Source of the DNA: Parasynechococcus marenigrum WH 8102
Lineage (GTDB): Bacteria > Cyanobacteriota > Cyanobacteriia > PCC-6307 > Cyanobiaceae
Assembly (NCBI RefSeq): GCF_000195975.1
Contig: NC_005070.1
Location: 2,370,001-2,402,000, forward strand
Reading direction: 5' to 3'
Length of the DNA stretch: 32,000 bases
Shown in pieces: positions 1 through 9,214 of this stretch; within the stretch, counting starts at the first letter, position 1; each line of letters begins with the position of its first letter. Below the pieces are notes generated by a model. It saw only the letters and a list, made by a program, of their open reading frames with translations, had not been told where the DNA came from and ran no database searches. A program made the position numbers and the translations under genes.

Positions 1-1374
1 AACATCCCCGAGAAACGTCTGCGGGACGTGGCGGCTCTGTTTCACCGGCGCCAAAAGGTGCTGAGTTTGTGGTCGATGGGGGTGAACCAGCGCCGTGAAG
101 GAACGGCCGTGGTGCAAGGCCTGATCAATCTGCATCTGCTCACCGGCCAGATCGGCAACGAAGGAGCGGGCCCGTTTTCCCTGACCGGCCAACCCAATGC
201 CATGGGCGGCCGCGAAGCCGGGGGGCTCGCCCACCTGCTGCCGGGCTATCGGTTGGTGGCCAACCCTGAGCACCGCGCCGAGGTGGAACAGGCCTGGAAG
301 CTCCCGGCTGGCCAAATCGCCGCCAAGCCGGGGCTTGCAGCGTGGCAGCAGGTGGAAGCGATGGAACGCGGTGACCTTGATCTCTGGTGGGTAGCCGCCA
401 CCAACCCGCTGGTGAGCATGCCGGACCTGGATCGGGTCAAACAGGCCATGGGCAACTGCCCGTTGGTGGTGGTGAGCGAGGCCTACGCCGACTCAGAAAC
501 GTCCCACTACGCCCACCTGCTGCTGCCAGCCGCCCAATGGAGTGAGAAGGCCGGCGCCATGACCAATTCCGAGCGGCGTGTGACCTTCTGTCCTGCCTAC
601 CGCCTCCGCTTCGGGGAAAGCCGTCCGGACTGGGAAGTGTTCGCGGACGTGGGTCGCCGGTTGGGTTACACCGAGCAGTTCCGCTTCGACTCGGCTGCCG
701 AGGTGTACGCCGAATTCACCCGACTCACCCAGGGACGCCTCTGTGACGTCAGTGGCCTCAGCCACGAACTGCTTGAGCAAGCGGGGCCTCAGCAATGGCC
801 TTATCCCATGGGCAGCATCCCCAGCACAGCAGCCAAACGCCTCTACGAAAACCATCTGTTCGCGACCCCCAGCGGCCGGGCGCGTTTCAGCACCGACCAG
901 CCTTTAGGCCTGGCAGAACCCCCCTGCGACACCTACCCATTGGTGCTGACCGTCGGTCGATACCTGGGGCAGTGGCACACGATGACCCGGACCGGGAAAG
1001 TGGAGCGGCTGATGAAACAGCACCCTGAGCCATTGCTGGAGATTCATCCAAGCGATGCCCAGGAACTACAACTGCGCAACGGCGAGCTGGCTGCGATCAG
1101 CTCGCGCCGCGGCCACCTCACAGCCACGGTGAAGGTGACCGATCGCATCCGCTGCGGAACTGTGTTCCTGCCGATGCACTGGGGATTCACCCAGGAGAAG
1201 GCTTGCGAAGCCAACACGCTGATGCATGACGATGCCTGCCCGGTGTCCAAGCAACCGGAACTGAAAGCCTGCGCTGTGATCGTGGCGCCGGCGGTCTCCG
1301 TGGTGAAACCGGTGGAGCAGGAGAAAGGACGCCTGGAGGCACTGCGGCGCCTGCTCACCCCAGCACTTCGCTGA
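1..1374 (+). CDS. narB: Assimilatory nitrate reductase NarB, C-terminal ~457 codons (5' end outside window)
   Basis: Frame 1 is open from base 1 (NIPEKRLRDVAALFHRR...), so the gene starts upstream of the window. The product reads as the C-terminal half of a molybdopterin oxidoreductase (FSLTGQPNAMGGRE, LEIHPSDAQEL...GTVFLPMHWG). It sits beside Moco genes and a narM-like gene. GC3 is high. Confidence 0.85.
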   Translation, partial: NIPEKRLRDVAALFHRRQKVLSLWSMGVNQRREGTAVVQGLINLHLLTGQIGNEGAGPFSLTGQPNAMGGREAGGLAHLLPGYRLVANPEHRAEVEQAWKLPAGQIAAKPGLAAWQQVEAMERGDLDLWWVAATNPLVSMPDLDRVKQAMGNCPLVVVSEAYADSETSHYAHLLLPAAQWSEKAGAMTNSERRVTFCPAYRLRFGESRPDWEVFADVGRRLGYTEQFRFDSAAEVYAEFTRLTQGRLCDVSGLSHELLEQAGPQQWPYPMGSIPSTAAKRLYENHLFATPSGRARFSTDQPLGLAEPPCDTYPLVLTVGRYLGQWHTMTRTGKVERLMKQHPEPLLEIHPSDAQELQLRNGELAAISSRRGHLTATVKVTDRIRCGTVFLPMHWGFTQEKACEANTLMHDDACPVSKQPELKACAVIVAPAVSVVKPVEQEKGRLEALRRLLTPALR

Positions 1375-1825
1375 AGGCGGCATCCAGGTTGTGGTGGTCA
1401 TGACCCGGCCGCACCAGCTTGCAGAGAGCGAAACGTTCCAGCTCAGTGACGTGGGCCCATTGCTCAGGCGTCAACTCCACACCCCGGGCCACCGCAGCGC
1501 GGTGAATCTCTGCCGGTAAAACGGACTGCTGCTGCCAGGCTGCGCCCACAGCCGGCGGCAAATCCTTCACCACACCATCAGCCATCCCCTCTGTGAGATC
1601 CCGCAGGTACTGCCGGAGTTGATCGAGCGCATTTGCAGCGTCCGACCAATCCACCAGCTCTTGCCGCTGGTTCTGCGTGAGTGCCAACCAGTGGCTGAGC
1701 TTGAGCTTCACACCGGCCAGATCCAACTTGCGGCGCACGCAAAGGGGAATGCAACGCCAGGTACCGATGAAATCCTGCTCGAAAGCAAAACAATGGCTGG
1801 ATGAATCAGAGGTGCTGGCCATCAA
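1355..1825 (-). CDS. narM: Nitrate-reductase-associated protein (NarM-like)
   Basis: 156-aa ORF convergent with narB, with a 20-nt 3' overlap. The N-terminal motif FAFEQDFIGTWRCIPLCVRRKLDLAGVKLKL matches my recollection of the small 'nitrate reductase associated protein' family found next to cyanobacterial narB. Not verified by search. Confidence 0.6.
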   Translation of the reverse strand: MMASTSDSSSHCFAFEQDFIGTWRCIPLCVRRKLDLAGVKLKLSHWLALTQNQRQELVDWSDAANALDQLRQYLRDLTEGMADGVVKDLPPAVGAAWQQQSVLPAEIHRAAVARGVELTPEQWAHVTELERFALCKLVRPGHDHHNLDAAFSEVLG

Positions 1826-2100
1826 CGAAGCCCGCGAACGGTGTCAATGATGACAACGACCAATCAGGAAATCAGAGATGTTCATCTCGTTACACATCCA
1901 CGTCCGTGCGATTCGCCCTCTCCCTCGGAATGTTGCTTGGCATGTCCCACGGTTGGGTGACGGCTGAGGGCCAAGCAAACGACAATTCAGACCTTCTTGA
2001 AGTCGTAAGAACCGTTAAATCGACGACAAGTTTTTCTCCATTCAGTAGCGGTCAACACCAATTTTTTCCATACTGAAGCTCGATACGAGAGTTTTGAGTT

Positions 2101-2409
2101 TTGACCAACAGCATCGTCTCCGCTGGTCGCAGCCCGATCACCCTGGCCGCTGGCTTTCTCGGAGCCTTCATCGTTGGCTCCCTGGCCGTCCAGCTGGTGC
2201 GCAGCCAAACCGCCACCATGTCGTCGGGCGTCGCCGCTGTGGAGCCGGTGATCGCGGGCCACGCTGCCCTCTGGGTTCCCTTGGCGGAGCGTGACATCGC
2301 CAGCGCCAACACAGGCGCAACGGCCCAACCGGCTGCTGCCATCCAACCCGCCGTTGAGCCGGTTGTCGGCTCCGAGGCCACCCTCTGGGCACCCTTCGGC
2401 GAGCGCTGA
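2101..2409 (+). CDS. Small membrane-anchored hypothetical protein with an internal repeat (TTG start, no in-frame ATG near the 5' end)
   Basis: 102 codons with strongly G/C-biased third positions, like the neighbouring real genes. It has an N-terminal hydrophobic helix (ITLAAGFLGAFIVGSLAVQLV). The motif AALWVPLAERD / ATLWAPFGER occurs twice. It lies directly upstream of the carbonic anhydrase gene on the same strand. Confidence 0.4.
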   Translation: MTNSIVSAGRSPITLAAGFLGAFIVGSLAVQLVRSQTATMSSGVAAVEPVIAGHAALWVPLAERDIASANTGATAQPAAAIQPAVEPVVGSEATLWAPFGER

Positions 2410-2447
2410 TCGAACAGCCCACCAGCCGGCCCACATAGGGTGCCGGC

Positions 2448-3146
2448 ATGGGGATTCAGCGGCGTCACTTCCTCCAAACGACGGGCGGTCTGGCCTTGGC
2501 CGCCCTGATGCGAGCCTGGCCTGTTGAGGCGGCAGAGAAGGATTTCTGCGTCCCGGATAATCCACTCCAGGCCCTGATGGCGGGGAACCGCCGGTTTGCC
2601 GAGGCCTGGCAACGGGCCGACCAGGAGACCAAAACGACACTCCGAGCGGCGGATCCCGACCCGCGTTGCTTCAACTCTCCCAGGGCTTTGGCCACCAGCC
2701 AACATCCCTGGGCCACCGTGCTCACCTGCTCTGATTCACGGGTGTCGCCGAGCTGGGTGTTCGACACCACCCCTGGCGAGCTGTTCGTGATCCGCAACGC
2801 CGGCAACACCGCCTTCACCGAAGCCATTGCCTCCGTTGAATACAGCGTCAGCATTCTCAAAACGCCGCTGCTGATGGTGATGGGACACAGCGGCTGCGGA
2901 GCCGTCACCGCGGCGATGGGCACCGATCCGCTGACCCCTTCCCTGGACCGGCTGATCCAACCCATCCGGGAGAACATCAGCGGCAGCAGCGATCTGGAAG
3001 AAGCGGTGAAGCGCAACGCCCTCGCCAGCGCCTCCACGTTGATGCAACGCAGCGCCGTTCTGGCCGACGCCAAAGCCAGCGGTGCGCTGAAACTGGTGGT
3101 GGGTTGTTTCCAACTCAGCAGCGGTGTTGTGACCTTGATCGAATGA
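2448..3146 (+). CDS. Beta-class carbonic anhydrase with twin-arginine (Tat) signal peptide (EcaB-like)
   Basis: The N-terminus [30 protein letters not shown] has an RRxFL Tat motif, a hydrophobic core and an AxA-like site. The beta-CA zinc-site motifs CSDSRV and HSGCGAV plus FVIRNAGN are intact. The stop TGA (3144-3146) overlaps the moaC ATG (3143-3145). Confidence 0.8.
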   Translation: MGIQRRHFLQTTGGLALAALMRAWPVEAAEKDFCVPDNPLQALMAGNRRFAEAWQRADQETKTTLRAADPDPRCFNSPRALATSQHPWATVLTCSDSRVSPSWVFDTTPGELFVIRNAGNTAFTEAIASVEYSVSILKTPLLMVMGHSGCGAVTAAMGTDPLTPSLDRLIQPIRENISGSSDLEEAVKRNALASASTLMQRSAVLADAKASGALKLVVGCFQLSSGVVTLIE

Positions 3147-3619
3147 CGCAAAACCTGAGTCATCTGAACCAGCAAGGCGAGGTTCACATGGTGGATGTGG
3201 GGGACCGTCCGGCGACCCAGCGCGAAGCCCATGCCCGTGGAGCCATTCGCATGGACGCCTCAACCCTCAGCCTGATCCAGCGGGGCGAGACACCAAAAGG
3301 AGATCTTCTGGCAGTCGCACGGGTGGCAGCAATCCAGGCGGCCAAACGCACCTGGGAACTGATTCCCCTGTGCCATCCCCTGCCACTGAGTGGCATGGAT
3401 GTGACGATCGACGCCGACGCATCGCTGCCTGGCCTGGTCGTCCACTGCCGTTGCCGCACCACAGGCCAGACCGGGGTGGAAATGGAAGCGATGACGGCGG
3501 TGTCTGTGGGGCTGCTGACCCTTTACGACATGCTCAAGGCGGTCGATCCAGCCATGACGATCGAGGCGATCCAGCTTGAGTTCAAGGAAGGAGGGCGGAA
3601 CGGTGTCTGGGAGCGCTGA
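3143..3619 (+). CDS. moaC: Cyclic pyranopterin monophosphate synthase MoaC
   Basis: From the ATG at 3143 ([29 protein letters not shown]...) the product has typical MoaC blocks ([49 protein letters not shown]). The ORF-track start at 3104 lies inside the upstream gene and is less likely. Confidence 0.85.
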   Translation: MTQNLSHLNQQGEVHMVDVGDRPATQREAHARGAIRMDASTLSLIQRGETPKGDLLAVARVAAIQAAKRTWELIPLCHPLPLSGMDVTIDADASLPGLVVHCRCRTTGQTGVEMEAMTAVSVGLLTLYDMLKAVDPAMTIEAIQLEFKEGGRNGVWER

Positions 3620-4853
3620 GCCCTACGGACGCGAAGGGCTCCCCCTGGAGGAGGCACGTCGACGGGTTCTGGCGGCAATTCAACCGATCACCGCCAGCAA
3701 CACGGTTCCCCTGCAGCAGGCCCTCGGCCGTGTAAGCGCAGCGGCTGTGCTCGCCAGCGAGGCCGTTCCAGGGTTCCGGGCCTCGATCATGGATGGCTAT
3801 GCCCTGGGGCAGAGCCACCAGCCCAAACCTGGGGAGACCTGGCTGCTGAAGGGACGCTCCGCCGCCGGCCAACCCTTCAATGGGACCCTGGCCAACGGCG
3901 ATGCGATCCGCATCCTCACCGGAGCTCCACTGCCGGACGGTGCCGGCTGGGTGCTGCCCCAGGAACTGATCTCCATTGACGGCAGCAGCCTGCAGCTGGC
4001 GAAAAAAGCGTCGGATCGTCCCTGGATTCGTCCCGAGGATGAGGAATGCCGACCCGGGGACCTGCTCCTGTCTGCTGGACAGCGCCTGGGTGCCGCCGAT
4101 CTCGCACGCCTCGCCGGCTGCGGCATCGCCGACTTAACCGTTGCTCAGCAACCCCGCATCGGGCTGCTGATCAGCGGGGACGAGCTGGTGCCACCCGGAA
4201 CAGCACGGCAACCCGGTGCCATCTGGGAGAGCAACGGCACGCTTCTGGAGACAATGCTCCGGGCCCTCAGGCAATCGGTGACCGAGCGACGGGTGGTGGC
4301 CGATCAACCCGACGCCCTGCGCCAGGCTCTGCTGGATCTGGCCCATGACTGCGACGTGGTGGTGAGCACCGGCGGCGTCTCCGCAGGCGACACCGATTGG
4401 ATCAGACCGCTGGTGGCGGAACTGGGTGCCGTGGACTTCTGGAAACTGTTCCTACGCCCGGGGCGCCCCTTCGCCTTCGGCAGCATCGGTGAGGGCGTGC
4501 CGTTTTTCGGACTGCCGGGCAATCCCGTGGCGGCGGCGGTCACCGCCCTGCAACTGCTCTGGCCCGCCCTGCAGGTTCTTGAGGGCCAGAGCGAACCAGA
4601 GCTGTTCCCCCGGGTGATGGTGGAACTGGCCGACCCGTTGTCCCGCCGACCGGGACGGCCGGAACTGGCACGGGCCCGCCTCGACACCAACGCCGCAGGA
4701 AAGCTGCTGGCACGGGTGGATGGCTCGCAGGCCTCATCCCGGATCGGTTCCCTGCAACAGGCCGATCTGCTGTTGGAACTGCCAGCGGAAGCCGGCCCGC
4801 TCGAAAGGGGCACCCGTCTCTGGGCCCAGGTGATTCGTCAGCGGATCTTCTAA
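3576..4853 (+). CDS. moeA: Molybdopterin molybdenumtransferase MoeA
   Basis: 425-aa ORF with MoeA hallmarks ([42 protein letters not shown]). The start is uncertain: the ATG at 3576 overlaps moaC by 44 nt, and the GTG at 3603 is an alternative. Confidence 0.85.
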   Translation: MSSRKEGGTVSGSAEPYGREGLPLEEARRRVLAAIQPITASNTVPLQQALGRVSAAAVLASEAVPGFRASIMDGYALGQSHQPKPGETWLLKGRSAAGQPFNGTLANGDAIRILTGAPLPDGAGWVLPQELISIDGSSLQLAKKASDRPWIRPEDEECRPGDLLLSAGQRLGAADLARLAGCGIADLTVAQQPRIGLLISGDELVPPGTARQPGAIWESNGTLLETMLRALRQSVTERRVVADQPDALRQALLDLAHDCDVVVSTGGVSAGDTDWIRPLVAELGAVDFWKLFLRPGRPFAFGSIGEGVPFFGLPGNPVAAAVTALQLLWPALQVLEGQSEPELFPRVMVELADPLSRRPGRPELARARLDTNAAGKLLARVDGSQASSRIGSLQQADLLLELPAEAGPLERGTRLWAQVIRQRIF

Positions 4854-5647
4854 GCCAGATCATGCTGAAAGCATCGGCGCTCCCAGGCCATGAGTTGGCC
4901 CGATGAATCGAAATGGATGCTGATCTGCTGAAACAGCGCAGCGCCGAGACGGCCACCGATCTCGAGGCTGAAGGGCTGATTGGGGAGCTCACTGGGCACC
5001 GAGAACACCAAGCCGTCGGGCATCACGGCTGAGCAGTCGTTGTGCAACAGCTGGCTTGGATCGAACACCAGCGGAGCAGCGTCCTCAGCCTGGCCGTTCA
5101 CCCCCGCTTGCGGTCTGAGCATCTGCCGCTTGCCACTCCACCCCTGCACCGGCGCCAGCAGGGCCTCGGGTGTCCCGCATGCGGGACGGTCGGATTCGGG
5201 ATCAGGACTGTTCAGGCAACGGAAGCCCACCGCCCCAACACGCTGCAGACGCCAACAGCCATCGAGCGGTTCCCAGAGCAGCACCAGCATCGAGCGGGAC
5301 CGACCGCAGAACAGATTGATTTCATGGCCGAAGCGGGGACGATCGGGATTAAGCCCCAGGCTGGACTGACCTCCTGCCCCGGGGAACTGCCAGCAGCCTC
5401 CACCAGCGTTGTAGGTGGCTCGACTGATGGGATAGGTGGCCTGCCCCCCGGGAGCTAAGGCCAGACCCGATCCATCCCACACTCCGTGGTCGTCATCGGC
5501 AAAGGAAATCACATATGTGGTGGGGTGGATTCGACGGGTCGGACGCTGGAGATCGAGCCGACCGCTGCCGTCCCTCTTAAACCAATGGCCACAGCCCTGC
5601 CAGTGACCCGCGAAATTGCGGCGGTTGAGGGTCCATTGATCGGTCAT
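4850..5647 (-). CDS. Conserved hypothetical protein (possibly DUF3598-like; unverified)
   Basis: 265-aa ORF with host-like GC3, convergent with moeA (4-nt overlap of the stop regions). The N-terminus NRRNFAGHWQGCGHWFKRDGSG resembles the N..G.W.G pattern I recall from a cyanobacterial/plant DUF family. No catalytic motif recognised. Confidence 0.5.
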   Translation of the reverse strand: MTDQWTLNRRNFAGHWQGCGHWFKRDGSGRLDLQRPTRRIHPTTYVISFADDDHGVWDGSGLALAPGGQATYPISRATYNAGGGCWQFPGAGGQSSLGLNPDRPRFGHEINLFCGRSRSMLVLLWEPLDGCWRLQRVGAVGFRCLNSPDPESDRPACGTPEALLAPVQGWSGKRQMLRPQAGVNGQAEDAAPLVFDPSQLLHNDCSAVMPDGLVFSVPSELPNQPFSLEIGGRLGAALFQQISIHFDSSGQLMAWERRCFQHDLA

Positions 5648-5706
5648 GTCCGTGACGGCATGGAACGGTCGATCTCCTTAGCGTCGCGCCAACAGCCATC
5701 CCCGCC

Positions 5707-6570
5707 ATGGACCTGACGATCGTTGGCTGCGGCTATGTGGGGCTCGCCCTGGCGGAGCGGCTGCAACCGAGACGGCCCCAGCTGAAGCTGACGCTGACCA
5801 CCACCAACAGCGAACGGCTGGAGCAACTCGACCCCCTGGCCGATCGGGTTGAGGTGTGCGATGCCACCAACCCCATGCAATTGCTGGCCGCCCTGCGGCA
5901 GAGCAGCAGCGCCGTGTTCTGCCTTGGGCCCAAAGGAGATCGCCAGGTGGATGCCAACGGCTACCGCCACACCTTCGTCGACAGCTTCCGCTGCCTGACG
6001 TCACTGTTGCCACAACTGCGGGAACTGCGGCAGATCGTCTACACGGGCAGTTGCTCGATCTACGGCGATGCCGAAGGGGACTGGGTGGATGAGCAAACAC
6101 CACCCGCGCCAAGCCGCGGCCATGGCGATGTTCTGCTGGAAAGCGAACATCTGCTCAGCGGCATCAGCGACCGGCGAGTGTGTATCCTTCGCCTTGGAGC
6201 GCTCTATGGCCCTGGCCGCGATCTTGATCGACGCCTGCGCGGACTTGCTGGACTGGAACGTCCTGGCAACGGAGCGACCTACAGCAACTGGCTGCATGTG
6301 GCGGATGCCGCCGGTGCCCTGGAAGCCGCTCTCAATGCTGAATGGGCCGGTCTGGTGAACGTGGTCAACGACGAGCCGATTCAGCTGCGAGACCTGGTAG
6401 GGCGCAGCCTGCAGCGCCAGGGTCTGGCCCCCGTGCGCTGGCTGGGGCAGGACGAACCGGGTTCAGGGGGCCGACGGATTCGCAACACCCGGCTCAAACA
6501 GCTGGGCTACCAACTGCAGCACCCGCGCCTTGATCAGAGTGGCGTGTTGGCCACCAGCCAGGTGCCCTGA
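5707..6570 (+). CDS. NAD(P)-binding Rossmann-fold protein, extended SDR / epimerase-dehydratase family
   Basis: The N-terminal MDLTIVGCGYVGLALAERL is a GxGxxG dinucleotide fold, followed by VYTGSCSIYGD and an epimerase-like C-terminal half. The 3' end overlaps the moaE 3' end by 37 nt (convergent). Confidence 0.65.
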   Translation: MDLTIVGCGYVGLALAERLQPRRPQLKLTLTTTNSERLEQLDPLADRVEVCDATNPMQLLAALRQSSSAVFCLGPKGDRQVDANGYRHTFVDSFRCLTSLLPQLRELRQIVYTGSCSIYGDAEGDWVDEQTPPAPSRGHGDVLLESEHLLSGISDRRVCILRLGALYGPGRDLDRRLRGLAGLERPGNGATYSNWLHVADAAGALEAALNAEWAGLVNVVNDEPIQLRDLVGRSLQRQGLAPVRWLGQDEPGSGGRRIRNTRLKQLGYQLQHPRLDQSGVLATSQVP

Positions 6571-6962
6571 CCCGCGCACCACTCCCGCTTCCAGAACGGG
6601 GCCTGGTGCTTGAGATGCTCCAACAAGGCGGCTGAGCAGCGCTGCGCCGCTCCACGACGATCGGCCTGCACCGCCACCAGCACGATCGGCTCACCGGGGG
6701 CAAGCTTGCCCACCCGATGCAGCACCAAAATCGGCCCCGCCTGGTGCTCCTGCTGCAGACGCTGGGCCATAGCTGTGATCTGACGTTCGCAGAGGCCGGG
6801 GAAGTGCTCCAGCTCCAGCGCCTCCAGAGGCCGGCCATCCATCGTGGTGGGCCGCACCCGACCGATGAAGATGGCCGCGGCCGCGGCATCCCCACACCAG
6901 AGCGCAAGCTGCTGCCACGGATCAAAGGGATCCGGGCACACCTCCACACGGCAACCGGTCAT
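6534..6962 (-). CDS. moaE: Molybdopterin synthase catalytic subunit MoaE
   Basis: 142 aa with IFIGRVRP...LELEHFPGLCE...IVLVAVQADRRGAAQRCSAALLEHLKHQAPFWKRE, a typical MoaE pattern. It begins 3 nt downstream of the moaD stop codon on the same strand. Confidence 0.85.
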   Translation of the reverse strand: MTGCRVEVCPDPFDPWQQLALWCGDAAAAAIFIGRVRPTTMDGRPLEALELEHFPGLCERQITAMAQRLQQEHQAGPILVLHRVGKLAPGEPIVLVAVQADRRGAAQRCSAALLEHLKHQAPFWKREWCAGQGTWLVANTPL

Positions 6963-6965
6963 GGT

Positions 6966-7196
6966 TCACCCCCCCGTGAACGGTGGCAGAAAGGCCAGCT
7001 CATCTCCAGCCTGCAACGGCTGATTGGCACCGACCAACTCCTGGTTCACCGCAATGCTGATGCCCTCGAGCGGACCAAGATCCAACTGGTCCCAGACCTC
7101 ACGGGCCGTCGAAACGCCTGAAGTGAACGGAAGGGAACGCTCGCCCCAACCGGCGCGTTCGCGCAGGGATGCGAACAGCAACACCCGGAGCACCAT
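6966..7196 (-). CDS. moaD: Molybdopterin synthase sulfur-carrier subunit MoaD
   Basis: Only the last 76 codons of the 251-aa track ORF are credible. MVLRVLLFASLRERAG...DELAFLPPFTGG ends in the diagnostic C-terminal Gly-Gly. The ATG at 7194-7196 was verified in the sequence. The upstream part of the long ORF runs antisense to moaB. Confidence 0.8.
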   Translation of the reverse strand: MVLRVLLFASLRERAGWGERSLPFTSGVSTAREVWDQLDLGPLEGISIAVNQELVGANQPLQAGDELAFLPPFTGG

Positions 7197-7247
7197 GGCC
7201 TTCCCATCTGGAGCGGTTCTAGCGTCCGAAGGCTTCGCCGCTGTGCC

Positions 7248-7745
7248 ATGGCCCTGTCCATCGCCCTGCTCACCATCTCCGACACACGCAGCCTGGCGGA
7301 CGACAGCAGCGGAGATCAGCTGCAGCGCAGCCTTGAAGCCGCCGGCCATCGCCTTCACGAGCGACAACTCTGCCTGGATGATTGCTATCAGATCCGCCGT
7401 GAACTGAGCCGCTGGATCGCCGATCCCGCGGTTGATGTGATGATCACCAGCGGCGGCACCGGACTCACCGGCCGTGATGGCACCCCTGAAGCGGTGGTAC
7501 CGCTGCTGGACAAAACAATCGAGGGATTCGGGGAACTGTTCCGTGTGCTCTCCTTCGAGAGCATTGGCACCAGCACTCTGCAAAGCCGCTGCCTTGCCGG
7601 CGTGGCCAACGGCACCTTTGTGTTTGTGCTGCCGGGATCTCTGGATGCGGTAACCACCGCTTGGGACAAGCTCATCCGTGCTCAGCTTGATGAACAGACC
7701 CGTCCCTGCAACCTGGCCCAACTGCGGGCTCGCTTGAAGGAATAA
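7248..7745 (+). CDS. moaB: Molybdenum cofactor biosynthesis protein MoaB/Mog family
   Basis: 165 aa with IALLTISDTRS...VMITSGGTGLTGRDGTPEA...FVFVLPGS, a MoaB/MogA fold signature. It is divergent from moaD across a 51-nt spacer. Confidence 0.8.
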   Translation: MALSIALLTISDTRSLADDSSGDQLQRSLEAAGHRLHERQLCLDDCYQIRRELSRWIADPAVDVMITSGGTGLTGRDGTPEAVVPLLDKTIEGFGELFRVLSFESIGTSTLQSRCLAGVANGTFVFVLPGSLDAVTTAWDKLIRAQLDEQTRPCNLAQLRARLKE

Positions 7746-7766
7746 AGCGGGATCGAGGGTAGCTGT

Positions 7767-8555
7767 TCAGAACAGAATCGGCATCGTGACCGCTGCCGGT
7801 GAGGGCCTGCAAGCTTCAACCTGCTGATCAATCACCTCACCCACCACAACGATCGAGGGCGACTTGAAGGCTTCGGCTCGGCATTGATCGGCAACGTCTA
7901 CCAAGGTGGCTTTGAGGCAGCGTTGCCCCGCCACCGTCCCCTGCTGGATCACCGCCACGGGGGTTGTCGCGGCCAAACCACCCGCCATCAGCTCCTCTGC
8001 GATCCGGGGCAGGTTGTGGAGCCCCATGTAGATCACCAATCCGTCACTGGCCGTGGCCAAAGCGCGCCAATCCACGGAGGGACGGCGCTTGTCGATTTCC
8101 TCATGACCGGTGACGAAGGTCACCGATGAGCCCGCCCGCCGGTGGGTGACGGGAATCCCGGCGTAGGCAGGGGCGGCAATACCAGCGGTGACACCAGGCA
8201 CCACTTGAACAGGGATGTTTCGCTCCGCCAGGTAAGCCGCTTCTTCCCCTCCACGACCAAACAGGAAAGGATCACCCCCCTTCAAACGCACCACCGTGCT
8301 GTGCTTCTGGGCCATTTCAACGAGCACGGCATTCGTGCTGGGTTGTGGCACCGAATGATGTCCGCGACGCTTGCCGACAAAACGGCGCTCACAGGACGCC
8401 GGCACAAGATCCAGCACTTCTCTGGGCACCAGCGAGTCGTACACCAGGGCATCGCACTGGCTCAGCAGCCGATGCGCCTTCAGCGTGAGCAATTCGGGAT
8501 CGCCGGGACCGGCTCCCACCAGATAAACGGTTCCGGTTTGTTCAGCGTTGGTCAC
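7767..8555 (-). CDS. cobA: Uroporphyrinogen-III C-methyltransferase (siroheme branch)
   Basis: 262 aa with VYLVGAGPGDPELLTLKA...LVYD...VVRLKGGDPFLFGRGGEE...PGVTAG, a SUMT signature. Its GTG start (8553-8555) overlaps the upstream gene's TGA stop (8552-8554). Confidence 0.85.
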   Translation of the reverse strand: MTNAEQTGTVYLVGAGPGDPELLTLKAHRLLSQCDALVYDSLVPREVLDLVPASCERRFVGKRRGHHSVPQPSTNAVLVEMAQKHSTVVRLKGGDPFLFGRGGEEAAYLAERNIPVQVVPGVTAGIAAPAYAGIPVTHRRAGSSVTFVTGHEEIDKRRPSVDWRALATASDGLVIYMGLHNLPRIAEELMAGGLAATTPVAVIQQGTVAGQRCLKATLVDVADQCRAEAFKSPSIVVVGEVIDQQVEACRPSPAAVTMPILF

Positions 8556-9214
8556 GGCAGAGAAACAAGCAGATCGATCAGGGCCTGGCGGGTGGGGGGA
8601 TGCTCCAGCAGAGGAGGCAATCCACCAGCTTCGCTCAATGCCTCCGTCATGAGGTTCGGGGCGAGGGTTAACGGGAGTGGGCGGGCGCAGGGATGGCGCT
8701 GCTGATACTTGGGCCAGGCATCAAAGGCAACCAATGGCAAGGCCAGGCGAGAGGAGAGCATCGCGAGGAAGCGATCCGCCACTCCCGGGCGCAGGGGGTG
8801 GTGCACCAGCACGGCATCACGGCGCTCAGACACCGGCAGTGCTGAGATCACCGCGTTCCACCAGGTGATCCAGGAGCCCAGAAAGGGAAGCAAACGCACG
8901 CTGGCCCCGGCGGCATGAAGCCTGTTGCGAATCGCCGGCACGTCCGTTCGGGCATGCGCTCCAGGCAACAGCAGCAACGGAACAATCCAAGAGGGTTGGG
9001 GAAGCGCCGACACGGGTTGTTCAGCCGTCAGCACCTCCAACTGAACGGGCGCCGATCGCCGCTGGGCCAGGAGATCCGGCAGGGAGGCCAAGCAGTCGGG
9101 AACGACACCGCCACTACGGCCATGCACCACCAGATGCAACCCTTGACGCCCCCGATCGGAAGCGTCATTCCGTAGCAATGGCCACGGATCAAAAAAAGAG
9201 CTATCTGATGTCAT
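8552..9214 (-). CDS. CbiX/SirB-like sirohydrochlorin chelatase (putative)
   Basis: LHLVVHGRSGG and LLLLPGAHARTDVP resemble the CbiX HGS and FLxxGxH blocks. It is start/stop-coupled to cobA and lies next to nirA, a siroheme enzyme. The ATG at 9212-9214 (MTSDSSFF) is preferred over the track start at 9259. Confidence 0.5.
   Translation of the reverse strand: MTSDSSFFDPWPLLRNDASDRGRQGLHLVVHGRSGGVVPDCLASLPDLLAQRRSAPVQLEVLTAEQPVSALPQPSWIVPLLLLPGAHARTDVPAIRNRLHAAGASVRLLPFLGSWITWWNAVISALPVSERRDAVLVHHPLRPGVADRFLAMLSSRLALPLVAFDAWPKYQQRHPCARPLPLTLAPNLMTEALSEAGGLPPLLEHPPTRQALIDLLVSLP

Noticed and set aside
2045-2058. GTAGCGGTCAACAC (GT-N10-AC) as an NtcA site for the small-ORF/CA/moaC/moeA operon
   Set aside because: The right half is CAC rather than TAC, and there is no TAN3T -10 element at the expected spacing of about 22 nt.
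1801-2076. 91-aa ORF in the narM / small-ORF spacer
   Set aside because: It overlaps the narM start, has no codon-bias signal or motif, and the region looks like a divergent promoter spacer.
1987-3263. Long minus-strand ORFs (1987-2640, 2052-2705, 2465-3232, 2736-3263). Similar antisense ORFs occur elsewhere in the flanks: 4304-4813, 24227-25072, 27044-27589, 27599-28186 and 29510-30397.
   Set aside because: They lie antisense to, or out of frame with, genes that have clear family motifs. Stop-poor shadow frames are expected in about 60% GC DNA. No motifs were recognised in them.
7197-7721. Upstream 175 codons of the 251-aa ORF 6966-7721
   Set aside because: Only the C-terminal 76 residues form MoaD, which has an internal ATG and ends in GG. 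The remainder runs antisense to the well-supported moaB.
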